Assembly: GCA_030041215.1 (NCBI GenBank)
Contig: JASHOH010000122.1
Span: forward strand, 7,429-71,428
Length of the DNA: 64,000 nucleotides
Direction: 5' to 3'
Origin: Candidatus Sulfotelmatobacter sp.
Lineage (GTDB): Bacteria > Acidobacteriota > Terriglobia > Terriglobales > Acidobacteriaceae
The first letter of the stretch is position 1; the number at the start of each line of letters is the position of its first letter. The notes under the pieces were generated by a model, which searched no databases, was not told the origin of the DNA, and was given only the letters and a program-made list of their open reading frames with translations. Shown here piece by piece: positions 28,436 through 36,266 of the stretch. The translations under genes and the position numbers were made by a program.

Positions 28436-28509
28436 GGACAGCCCCTTCGGCTTCCTCTCTCTACGTTCGGAGTCTCTCAGGGCAGGCTAGGGGCGGCTGT
28501 CCCTACATG
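28436..28509 (-). repeat. Intergenic repeat family A copy 2 (reverse orientation) with long-loop hairpin GGACAGCCCC / GGGGCGGCTGTCC
   Basis: Lies between the convergent mmcB-like gene and recR. 28490-28509 is the reverse complement of CATGTAGGGACAGCCGCCCC. Confidence 0.7.
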
Positions 28510-28515
28510 GACGGT

Positions 28516-29115
28516 TTACAGCTCCCGCCGTCCTTCCATGGCCTTGAGCATCGTGATCTCGTCTGTGTATTCGATGTCGCTGCCGACGGGGATGCCCATT
28601 GCAATGCGCGTCACCTTCAGGCCGGTGCGCTTGAGTTGCTGCGAGAGATAAGTTGCCGTGGCCTCGCCTTCGACGGTGGGATTAGTCGCGATGATCACCT
28701 CATCGACGTTGCCGGAATCGACACGGCTAAGGAGATTGGCAATGCGCAACTGCTCGGGGCCGATGCCTTGAAGCGGCGAAATCGATCCGTGCAGCACGTG
28801 ATAAACCCCGTTGAAGTGCTTGGTTTTTTCGATGGCGGCAATGTTCGTCGGTTCTTCGACCACGCACACCAGCCGCTGGTTGCGCGTTGCGCTGGTGCAG
28901 TAAGTGCACGGGTCGACGTCGGTGATGTTGTTACAGACTGAGCACAACCGGAGGCTGGACTTCACATCGCGCACCGCGGCCGCCAGCGCTTCGGCGTCTT
29001 CATCACTTGCACGCAGGATGTGGAATGCGAGGCGCTGCGCGCTTTTCGTACCCACGCCTGGGAGCTTTTTCAGCTCATCAATCAGGCGCGACATGGGCTC
29101 AGCGAAACGAGACAT
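28516..29115 (-). CDS. recR: Recombination protein RecR
   Basis: Hh[18 protein letters not shown], Cys4 zinc finger [16 protein letters not shown], Toprim [10 protein letters not shown]. The start could also be 29127 or 29094. Confidence 0.93.
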   Translation of the reverse strand: MSRFAEPMSRLIDELKKLPGVGTKSAQRLAFHILRASDEDAEALAAAVRDVKSSLRLCSVCNNITDVDPCTYCTSATRNQRLVCVVEEPTNIAAIEKTKHFNGVYHVLHGSISPLQGIGPEQLRIANLLSRVDSGNVDEVIIATNPTVEGEATATYLSQQLKRTGLKVTRIAMGIPVGSDIEYTDEITMLKAMEGRREL

Positions 29116-29168
29116 GGGATTGAGCAATTGAACGATTCAGTGATTGTGTGATTTGTAATTGGGATTCT

Positions 29169-29465
29169 CTACAGTCCCAAGCCGCCGAGCATTCCCCCCA
29201 GAGTCGATTGCATCTGCGCATCGACCTTGCGGGAAGCCTCATTCACGGCGGCAAGAACCAGATCCTGAAGCATTTCGACATCGCCCGATTTTACCGCTTC
29301 GGGATCGATGCGCAGGCTGAGCAGTTGTTTGCGACCATCCATCTTGGCCGTGACCGTGCCGCCGCCCGAGGAAGCCTCGACGACCGTTTCCTGCATTTTC
29401 TTCTGCAAAGTCTCGTACTGCGACTTTGCCTTCGACATCAGTTCTTGCAGATTGAATCCGCCCAT
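29169..29465 (-). CDS. ybaB: YbaB/EbfC family nucleoid-associated protein
   Basis: ~98 aa, MSKAKSQYETLQKKMQE...GGGTVTAKMDGRKQL, lying between dnaX and recR as in most bacteria. Confidence 0.9.
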   Translation of the reverse strand: MGGFNLQELMSKAKSQYETLQKKMQETVVEASSGGGTVTAKMDGRKQLLSLRIDPEAVKSGDVEMLQDLVLAAVNEASRKVDAQMQSTLGGMLGGLGL

Positions 29466-29567
29466 AAGACAAATTTTTTAATTTTGTAATTTGAAAACTG
29501 GTATGACTCTCAATCATGCCCGGAGGAGCCAAAGAACATTACCCGATTACAAAATTACTAAATTTCC

Positions 29568-31460
29568 TCATCTTTTTTCCCGATAATCGATCACTGTGCG
29601 AATCTCGGCGCCAAATTTTTCCTGAAGACGCCGTACGACCGCGTCCTGCTCGGCCCGGCTGCGGCCGCTGCCCGCTGCGCTGGTCACGCTTGATCTCGTC
29701 CCATTGCCCTTTTGCGCAGAGCTTGCGCCAGGAACAATTTTCAATTTCACCGCTCGGCCAAAGACTCCGCTGGCAGCCGCAATCGCCAGCCGCCTCGCTT
29801 CCGCCCCCACCGACATGTCGATGATGCTCTGTGAATCCGAAACTTTGATGACGAGCTCATTGCCCTCGACCGCCCAGTCACCCGCTTCTAGCATCGATAC
29901 CAGAATTCGCTGATTGTTCTCGGCGAGCGCCTGGAGTACCGCACCCTTGAGCTTTTCCAGCGGTTCGCCTGAGTCCGGCGCGGTGGCCTGCGCAGTCTCC
30001 TGCGCCTGCGGTTGCTCATTTTCCCGAACCTCGGATTTCTGTACAGGTTCGAGCTGAGAATCGATCTGCGTTTCGCTCACATTCTGTGGAGCGACTGCGC
30101 CCATGATGACACGAGCCGAACTTCCTGCGGCAACGACAGCCCGGGGCCCTGCTGAGGCAGAGTCCGAAACATCTTCTTGCCGGGGACCACTCTTCCGCGC
30201 CGAATCTGCCGCGAAGGGTGAAACTTGGTTTCCGCGCGGGTGTACAACCGCAGAACCCGAACTCACAATCGCAGGCCGGGCAGCAGCTCGCGGTAAAGGA
30301 GATCCGGTGCCACCCGCGCTCGTCGCACTGCCGATTTCGCTCAGCAGTTGCTCGATCGGCACCAGCTTCTGCGCGTGCGCCATCTTCAGCAGTCCCAATT
30401 CAAGGTGGAAGCGCTGCTCCTGCTTATAGCCCAGCTCGCTATGAGTGCGAAGCATGATCTGCAAATGCCGTGCGAGGTCTTCCTCGCCAAACAGATCGGC
30501 CACGCGCATCACGCGCTCGCGTTCTTCGCTCGAAATCTGAAGCAAGGAAGAGTCCTTTCCCGCAACTTTGGCGACGGTGGCATTGCGCAGGAAACGAACC
30601 ATCTGCCGTGCGAAATGCACCGGGCTGTGGCCTTCGCTAATGAGGTGGTCGATTTGGCGGAGAACCTCATCGCTCGCGCCGCGCGCGACGGCCTGCATGA
30701 CCTCTTCGAGAATATGTGCAGGCGCCGCGCCCACGAGATTGCGCACTGATTCTGCTGTGACCCTGCCGCCGCAACATGCGATCGCCTGATCGAGAATCGA
30801 GAGCGCGTCACGCATCGATCCATCGCCTGCTTCGGCAAGCAATGCCAACGCCTCATCATCGGCCTCGATTTGTTCCCTGCCGATCAGGTCACGCAATTGT
30901 CCAACGATGTCATCGAACTTCACCGCGCGAAAGCTGAAGTGCTGGCAGCGTGAGCGGATGGTCTGCGGAATATCTTCCGGCTGCGTCGTCGCGAGCATGA
31001 AAACAATATGCTCAGGAGGTTCTTCCAGGGTCTTCAGCAGGGCATTGAATGCGGCGTCGGTGATCTGGTGCGCTTCATCGAGAATGTAGATTTTGAAGCG
31101 GTCGCGCGCCGGCCGGTAGCGCGCAGCCTCACGCAATTCACGAATTTCGTCGATGCCGCGGTTGGTCGCGGCATCGATTTCGATCACATCCACGGAATTT
31201 CCCGCGCGAATTTCAGTGCACGACTCGCACACGCCGCAAGGCTCCACTACCGGCTGGTCAGAAGACCGGCAGTTGAGTGCTGCGGCCAGAATGCGGGCGA
31301 CCGTGGTTTTGCCAATGCCGCGATGGCCGCTGAAAATATAGCCATGCGCCGTGCGTCCTTGTTCGAGTGCATTCCGAAGAGTGCGCGTGACGTGCTCTTG
31401 TCCGATGACCTCGGAGAACTTCTGGGGACGGTATTTGCGCGCCAGGACGGTATAGCTCAT
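29568..31460 (-). CDS. dnaX: DNA polymerase III subunit gamma/tau
   Basis: Canonical N-terminus MSYTVLARKYRPQKFSEVIGQEH at ATG 31460, Walker A GHRGIGKTT, ILDEAH, zinc module CRSS...CGVCESC. Low-complexity tau linker. Confidence 0.93.
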   Translation of the reverse strand: MSYTVLARKYRPQKFSEVIGQEHVTRTLRNALEQGRTAHGYIFSGHRGIGKTTVARILAAALNCRSSDQPVVEPCGVCESCTEIRAGNSVDVIEIDAATNRGIDEIRELREAARYRPARDRFKIYILDEAHQITDAAFNALLKTLEEPPEHIVFMLATTQPEDIPQTIRSRCQHFSFRAVKFDDIVGQLRDLIGREQIEADDEALALLAEAGDGSMRDALSILDQAIACCGGRVTAESVRNLVGAAPAHILEEVMQAVARGASDEVLRQIDHLISEGHSPVHFARQMVRFLRNATVAKVAGKDSSLLQISSEERERVMRVADLFGEEDLARHLQIMLRTHSELGYKQEQRFHLELGLLKMAHAQKLVPIEQLLSEIGSATSAGGTGSPLPRAAARPAIVSSGSAVVHPRGNQVSPFAADSARKSGPRQEDVSDSASAGPRAVVAAGSSARVIMGAVAPQNVSETQIDSQLEPVQKSEVRENEQPQAQETAQATAPDSGEPLEKLKGAVLQALAENNQRILVSMLEAGDWAVEGNELVIKVSDSQSIIDMSVGAEARRLAIAAASGVFGRAVKLKIVPGASSAQKGNGTRSSVTSAAGSGRSRAEQDAVVRRLQEKFGAEIRTVIDYREKR

Positions 31461-31613
31461 GAGCCGGAAAATTTGATTATACGTGATAGCGCTCGCCGTC
31501 CGAACTCGACGGTTTGCCATTGGGGCCAATACTCCCGCACAGCGACTACCGTTTGCTAAAACCGCCAACAGAGGATACGCTGGAGCGTTAGTTCCGACGC
31601 GAGGGCGAGAATC

Positions 31614-31964
31614 ATGCAACTGAAACTGTCAACGCGAACTAAGGATGGAGTGCTAATTTTCGATTGCATGGGTCGTATCGTATTCGGCGATGAGGCCATG
31701 CTCCTGCGGGAGCAAGTCAAGAAAGCGCTTCCAGCAAACAAGAAAATCATCCTGAACCTTGGTGAAATCAGCTACATCGACTCTGGCGGGCTGGGCACGC
31801 TGGTTGCGCTGCATACATCTGCCTTCAATGCCGGCGGCGCCATCAAGCTGGTCAATTTGACAAAACGAGTAGACGATGTCCTGCAGGTAACAAAACTGGT
31901 CACTGTGTTTGCTGTTTACAATTCCGAAGCGGAAGCCCTTGAATCCTTTCGCAACGCCGCATAG
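31614..31964 (+). CDS. STAS domain anti-sigma-factor antagonist (SpoIIAA-like)
   Basis: ~116 aa with ISYIDSGGLGTLV (conserved phosphorylatable Ser region) and a C-terminal VF..Y.SE.EA pattern. Confidence 0.85.
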   Translation: MQLKLSTRTKDGVLIFDCMGRIVFGDEAMLLREQVKKALPANKKIILNLGEISYIDSGGLGTLVALHTSAFNAGGAIKLVNLTKRVDDVLQVTKLVTVFAVYNSEAEALESFRNAA

Positions 31965-32039
31965 GCACAGGCTTCTATTTCCCCGCAGGCGTAAATCGCT
32001 TCTCAGCCGTCCAGATCTCGACTGGAACCGCAATCTGCT

Positions 32040-32381
32040 ATGAAGAAAAGAAATCCTCAGCCGGATGGCGCCGCGAAATTGCGGATGCGCATTGAGGCGG
32101 CAATCCGCCGCATTCCCCGCGGGAAGGTTTCAACCTACGGAGCGGTGGCGCGTGCCGCAGGAATACCGCGAGGTGCGCGGCTTGTGGCGCGAGTCTTGCA
32201 TCGCGGATATGGATTGCCTTGGCAGCGGGTGCTTGGCGCAGGTGGTGAGATCAAGCTGCGCGGGGACTCAGCAATCGAACAACGACTGCGGCTCGAGGCC
32301 GAGGGCGTGCGCTTTCGCGGTCGCACGGTGGATATGAAGCAGTGTGAGTTCAGGCTTGGGCCAACGGACAGGAAAAAATAG
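32040..32381 (+). CDS. Alkyltransferase-like (ATL) / MGMT-family DNA-binding protein lacking the acceptor cysteine
   Basis: IPRGKVSTYGAVARAAGIPRGARLVARVL ... LPWQRVLGAGGEI. The MGMT PCHRV motif reads PWQRV (Cys replaced by Trp). Confidence 0.75.
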   Translation: MKKRNPQPDGAAKLRMRIEAAIRRIPRGKVSTYGAVARAAGIPRGARLVARVLHRGYGLPWQRVLGAGGEIKLRGDSAIEQRLRLEAEGVRFRGRTVDMKQCEFRLGPTDRKK

Positions 32382-32409
32382 CCGGCTGCCAACGGCTAAC
32401 GGCCAATGA

Positions 32410-32811
32410 CTATCGATCGATCTTGAATTGCTCGTCAATCTCCACTTGATATCCCGTAACTAATTTATTCGTCTCATTCGCCATTCCGATTACCGCCATC
32501 AGCTCATTAAACATCGCGTCGGTCATACCCTTCTTTTGCGCTGACACAGTATGTGAAGCGATACAATAGGCGCACTGGTTGGTGACGCTGACTGCCACGT
32601 AAATCATTTCCTTGGTCAGCGGATCAAGCGCGCCCGGCGCCATGATTTGCTTGATGCATTCCCACGTACGCTTTAACGTGGCGGGATCGTGGGCGATGGC
32701 CTTCCAGAAATTATTGACCCAGCCGGTTTTGCGTGTTGCCATAATGTCGTCATAAACCGCGCGCACTTCCGGACTGGCGTCGTTGTATTCGATGAGTCCA
32801 AGTGTTGCCAT
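32410..32811 (-). CDS. Carboxymuconolactone decarboxylase (AhpD-like) family protein
   Basis: CxxC-type motif NQCAYCIASH in a ~130-aa all-helical protein. Confidence 0.8.
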   Translation of the reverse strand: MATLGLIEYNDASPEVRAVYDDIMATRKTGWVNNFWKAIAHDPATLKRTWECIKQIMAPGALDPLTKEMIYVAVSVTNQCAYCIASHTVSAQKKGMTDAMFNELMAVIGMANETNKLVTGYQVEIDEQFKIDR

Positions 32812-32837
32812 GAGTTCCCAAAACCCCCCAAGAATAG

Positions 32838-32934
32838 TTCACCACGGAGACACGGGGTCACAGAGAAAACCTTTTGGGGTTTTAATTTTCTACGATTTTA
32901 GGTTTTCTCTGTGTCTCTGTGAGTCTGTGGTGAA
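32838..32934. repeat. Family C inverted pair: two 34-nt arms (28/34 complementary) separated by 29 nt
   Basis: Left TTCACCACGGAGACACGGGGTCACAGAGAAAACC (32838-32871). Right GGTTTTCTCTGTGTCTCTGTGAGTCTGTGGTGAA (32901-32934). Confidence 0.8.
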
Positions 32935-32937
32935 AAA

Positions 32938-33828
32938 TTATTTCGGCAATTCACCGTTCAGCAGCTTGCCCAACTCTGCCGCCGGTACTCGCACTCCAAC
33001 GTAGAACTGGCCGAATAGCGCATACACGGCACTGACCTGATCGAAGCGCATTTCGTAAATCAGCTTCTTGAAGATGAGTGGATCATCGGCGAACAAATCA
33101 ACGCCCCACTCCCAATCGTCGAAACCTATCGAGCCGGTAATGATCTGCTTGACTTCGCCTGCGTAACGCCGGCCGACGAGGCCGTGTTCATTCATCTGGC
33201 GGGCGCGCTCTTCGATGGGCAGCGTGTACCAGTTTTGCTCTTCACCGCGCCGGCGATCCATGGGATAAAAGCAGATGTAGCGGTTCGGCGGTATCTCGGG
33301 AAAGAGCCGCGGATGCATGGCCTCGCGATGCCGGTTAAGCTTGCATTCGATCTCCGCCTTCCACTGATCGGAGTGCGGCTGAATGCCCTGGTCGGTAAGC
33401 TCCTTGTAGATTTTGATGGTGGAGTCGTAGAGGCCAAGCTCGATGATCGACAAGTAAGACGATGTCGTCTCGAGATAGTCGCTGAGCCGCAGGTTGGCGA
33501 TTTTCAATTCGGCTTGATTGAGTTCGGCGAAGGATTTTCGAAAATGCACGAACAGTAGATCGCCCTTGTGGCCGATCAGCGAATAAAGCGCCGACTGGCC
33601 GGCGGAGCCTTTTTCCATCTCACCCAAAATACTGGCGGCCTCGGCGGCGATGGAAGCGCGTTCCGCTTCAGGGAGCGCCCGCCAGGCGCTGCGGCGAAAG
33701 CGCATCATCTGATGCAGCACGCTGTAGCCTTCGGCGGTCAGCGGGACGGCCGGGATATCGGCGGAAGTCGTATGCGGAGCTTGATGAGTTGTGGCAGTCA
33801 TGGGTTTCTCAGGGTAAGCGCTCATCAT
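32938..33828 (-). CDS. chdC: Chlorite dismutase family protein, probable coproheme decarboxylase (ChdC/HemQ-like)
   Basis: Two ferredoxin-like halves. FYPMDRRRGEEQNWY, RQMNEHGLVGRRYAG, ITGSIGFDDWEWGVDLFADDP, MRFDQVSAVYA. Confidence 0.8.
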   Translation of the reverse strand: MMSAYPEKPMTATTHQAPHTTSADIPAVPLTAEGYSVLHQMMRFRRSAWRALPEAERASIAAEAASILGEMEKGSAGQSALYSLIGHKGDLLFVHFRKSFAELNQAELKIANLRLSDYLETTSSYLSIIELGLYDSTIKIYKELTDQGIQPHSDQWKAEIECKLNRHREAMHPRLFPEIPPNRYICFYPMDRRRGEEQNWYTLPIEERARQMNEHGLVGRRYAGEVKQIITGSIGFDDWEWGVDLFADDPLIFKKLIYEMRFDQVSAVYALFGQFYVGVRVPAAELGKLLNGELPK

Positions 33829-33860
33829 TCAGTCAAAATTTCGGATCTACCGTGAAAAAG

Positions 33861-33910
33861 TCTTTACCCTGCGTTCTTCGCGGCCTTGCTTCGCGAACTC
33901 TGCGGTTAAG
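33861..33910 (-). repeat. Intergenic repeat family E copy (..AAGGCCGCGAAGAACG.. core)
   Basis: By hand alignment its reverse complement matches 54688-54737 at about 35 of 50 positions. Confidence 0.5.
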
Positions 33911-33915
33911 GCTTT

Positions 33916-33931
33916 TTGACGCAAGCGTCAA
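33916..33931. promoter_or_regulatory. Palindrome TTGACGC-AA-GCGTCAA in the divergent chdC / secreted-protein intergenic region
   Basis: 7-bp exact arms. Candidate dimeric regulator site; the regulator is unknown. Confidence 0.3.
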
Positions 33932-34050
33932 TTTCGTAGAGAAGCCGTCTTCAATGGGAAGAGCCGCCACCCCGCATCCATTGTACGCAACTGTTGCGAG
34001 GGCAGCGAGTGGGGCTTTTACAATAGTGCATGACTGCACGTACAGCAATC

Positions 34051-35310
34051 ATGTGGAAGCTGACCTCCCTTCCTTGCGTCATCCTGCTTTCATCGATGAC
34101 GCTCACAGCCCAGTCTCAACGCCTCTGGGTTCTGCGCGCCCCCGGCGAGGCTGTCGAGTACGACCCGACGACATTTATCCAGAAGCAGGTGGTGAAAGTC
34201 CCCGCCGAAACACTCGAATCACCAAAATATTTCCTGATCAACCATTCCGGCCAGATGCTGTTTGCTTCTCCTGTGTGGCTGCCTCTGGCCGAAGGCGATG
34301 TCGCTGCCAACCGCAAAATCTGGTTCTGGGACGGGCACGTCGCCAGCACGCTCACCCGCGACGTATCGCGCACTACGGCGACCACGGGGTCAAATTTGGC
34401 CATTACCGAATCCGCTCCTGCGCCTTACCTTGCACAAGACGGCAGGTACCTCTATTGGTTTTCCAATGAGGCGCGGCGCTTGCAGCGTGATGGCGTAGAC
34501 CTTTCCACCAAAACGACATGGCAAGCCTGGCGCAGTGATCTAGCGGGAGCAGACCGCCAAGACCTGGCCTCGATTACGCTACCCGAGTGCCCTTGTCCGA
34601 CGGGCGGCTGCGAAGAAACTTGCCCCCATGGCAACGTGTGGATTCCAGATGACGGCATAGGAAAGTTTTTTCTGTTGACGCAGTTTGCCGCCGGCAAGAC
34701 GCAGCCGACTTACGAATCGACCACACTTTATCAAGAGAACGCAGGCAAATGGAGCGCAACGCCGCTCGATCTGCCGTTGCGCCGCATTCTTGATGCTCGG
34801 AACGCAAGCGCAATTCTTGAAGCAATTCCGGACACCGGTTGCTGCGGATGGGCCAACCAGAGCGACGATCAAACGGTGCTGCACCTTGGCGGCAAGACGA
34901 TTGTGATTTTTGACGAGCTGAGCACGTTTAACAATCCCGATTATGACGTCAGCTTCTATACCGAAAATGCCAAGCTTTCTCCCGATATGAGCCAGGTTGC
35001 ATTCACCATGGTTGCTACGTCCCAGCCGAATAAGCCAATTCAGCTTGCCGAGCAGGGACAGGCTAATCCGGAAGAGTCGCAGAGGATTCGCAAGGCTTTG
35101 CTGAATCTGCCAGCGGTTGAGGTAAAAAGTACGCAAGATTCGTCGCGGCGACTAGCGCATGTCCCGCGCGCCAGTCTCGTGGGCTGGATCAGCGAGAGAG
35201 AGATTTTGATTGTAGAAGAGGATGTTTTAGTTGGGTACAACGTGGCAACTGGGGCGCGGAGGAAGTCGAGTATCCATGTCGAGGATGCGGGACACGTGTT
35301 CTTGCGGTGA
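34051..35310 (+). CDS. Secreted hypothetical protein with Cys clusters
   Basis: Signal peptide MWKLTSLPCVILLSSMTLTAQS (alternative start 34030). CPCPTGGCEETCPHG and DTGCCGW clusters. No family recognised. Confidence 0.55.
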   Translation: MWKLTSLPCVILLSSMTLTAQSQRLWVLRAPGEAVEYDPTTFIQKQVVKVPAETLESPKYFLINHSGQMLFASPVWLPLAEGDVAANRKIWFWDGHVASTLTRDVSRTTATTGSNLAITESAPAPYLAQDGRYLYWFSNEARRLQRDGVDLSTKTTWQAWRSDLAGADRQDLASITLPECPCPTGGCEETCPHGNVWIPDDGIGKFFLLTQFAAGKTQPTYESTTLYQENAGKWSATPLDLPLRRILDARNASAILEAIPDTGCCGWANQSDDQTVLHLGGKTIVIFDELSTFNNPDYDVSFYTENAKLSPDMSQVAFTMVATSQPNKPIQLAEQGQANPEESQRIRKALLNLPAVEVKSTQDSSRRLAHVPRASLVGWISEREILIVEEDVLVGYNVATGARRKSSIHVEDAGHVFLR

Positions 35311-35370
35311 AATTTCGCCACCCAGTGGGAAGATCGGATTAAAGTCGAATCGCCCCGGGATTTTTTTGCA

Positions 35371-35395
35371 CATAATAAGGGTTTCCCTTATTATG
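35371..35395. promoter_or_regulatory. Perfect palindrome CATAATAAGGG-TTT-CCCTTATTATG abutting the vapB start; candidate TA autoregulatory operator
   Basis: 11-bp arms are exact reverse complements and lie immediately 5' of the vapB start codon. Confidence 0.6.
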
Positions 35396-35400
35396 TGAGC

Positions 35401-35640
35401 ATGAACATTACCCTCTCTTTGGATGAAAAGCTGGTCAAAGACGTGCGCAAGATCGCGGTCGAACGGGATACGACTTTGACTGGGCTGGTGCGTGATTATC
35501 TACAAAACCTCGCGAGAGAACACGCCACCTCCGGCAGGAAGCGGCGTGAACGCGAAGCCTTGGAGCGGAGTTTCAGTCAATTCCAGTACCGCGTAGGAAA
35601 GAAGACTTGGCGGCGGGAAGACCTCTATGTTCGGTCCTGA
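35401..35640 (+). CDS. vapB: Ribbon-helix-helix antitoxin (VapB-like)
   Basis: ~80 aa with N-terminal MNITLSLDEKLVKDVRKIAVERDTTLTGLVRDYL (RHH pattern). Overlaps the PIN gene by 14 nt. A 25-bp palindrome sits immediately upstream. Alternative GTG at 35395. Confidence 0.7.
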   Translation: MNITLSLDEKLVKDVRKIAVERDTTLTGLVRDYLQNLAREHATSGRKRREREALERSFSQFQYRVGKKTWRREDLYVRS

Positions 35641-36043
35641 CTTTCTTGACACCAATGTGTTCGTCTATGCGTATGATGTCAGCGACCGGATGAAGCAACG
35701 CATAGCGCAGGATCTGGTCAGAAGAGCGGTTGCAGGAGAGTTAGTTGTCTCAACACAAGTGCTGGCAGAGTTTGCAGCGACACTGCTTTACAAAGTTACT
35801 CCTCCCGCGCCTGTCCATGACGTCCTTGCCCTCTTAGACACGTTCGCACCTATCCGGACGATTACCGCTGACAGCGAGATTGTACGTCGCGCGGTAGAGG
35901 CGCACGCGAAGTACGGACTGCATTTCTATGATGGTATGATCGTAGCGGCAGCGGAACGCGCCGGGTGCGAAAGAATCTTGTCCGAAGACTTAAACACCGG
36001 CCAGAAGTACTTTGGGGTCGCGGTTGCTAATCCTTTCCGATAA
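35627..36043 (+). CDS. vapC: PIN domain ribonuclease toxin (VapC)
   Basis: FLDTNVFVYAYD N-terminal acidic motif, later FYDGMIVAAAE and ILSEDL acidic residues. Confidence 0.85.
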   Translation: MFGPDFLDTNVFVYAYDVSDRMKQRIAQDLVRRAVAGELVVSTQVLAEFAATLLYKVTPPAPVHDVLALLDTFAPIRTITADSEIVRRAVEAHAKYGLHFYDGMIVAAAERAGCERILSEDLNTGQKYFGVAVANPFR

Positions 36044-36266
36044 TCTACGGGCGGGATTTAGGCGACAGTCAAGGTTCCCTTTCTTTTTGATTACTTCATT
36101 CTGTGGAAGCAGCAAGAACCCTTTTGGGCCCTCATCTTCTGATTTTTCTCCCCCCGGTCTCAGCAGCAAATCCTGATAATCAAAGCTGAAATCGGCCAGC
36201 GGAGAAACTGCCTGCGTCTTCGCGCTCTCAATGCTTCTGTCGGGCTAACTAGGAGACGCGCCGCAT

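Noticed and set aside
29568-29595. A-rich string (GGGAAAAAAG on the coding strand) in dnaX, as a possible programmed -1 frameshift site for gamma-subunit production.
   Set aside because: It lies in the last few codons, just before the stop, so a frameshift there could not generate a truncated gamma subunit. I saw no other convincing slippery site with a downstream structure.
31461-31613. Looked for an SRP (4.5S/ffs) RNA or a tRNA upstream of dnaX, where ffs often sits. The region has a CTCGCC/GGCGAG long-range pairing and a CCGTC-N7-GACGG hairpin.
   Set aside because: There is no SRP domain IV signature (GGAA/AGCA-type symmetric-loop motif), and no acceptor-stem partner for a tRNA. I treat it as a divergent promoter region for dnaX and the STAS gene.
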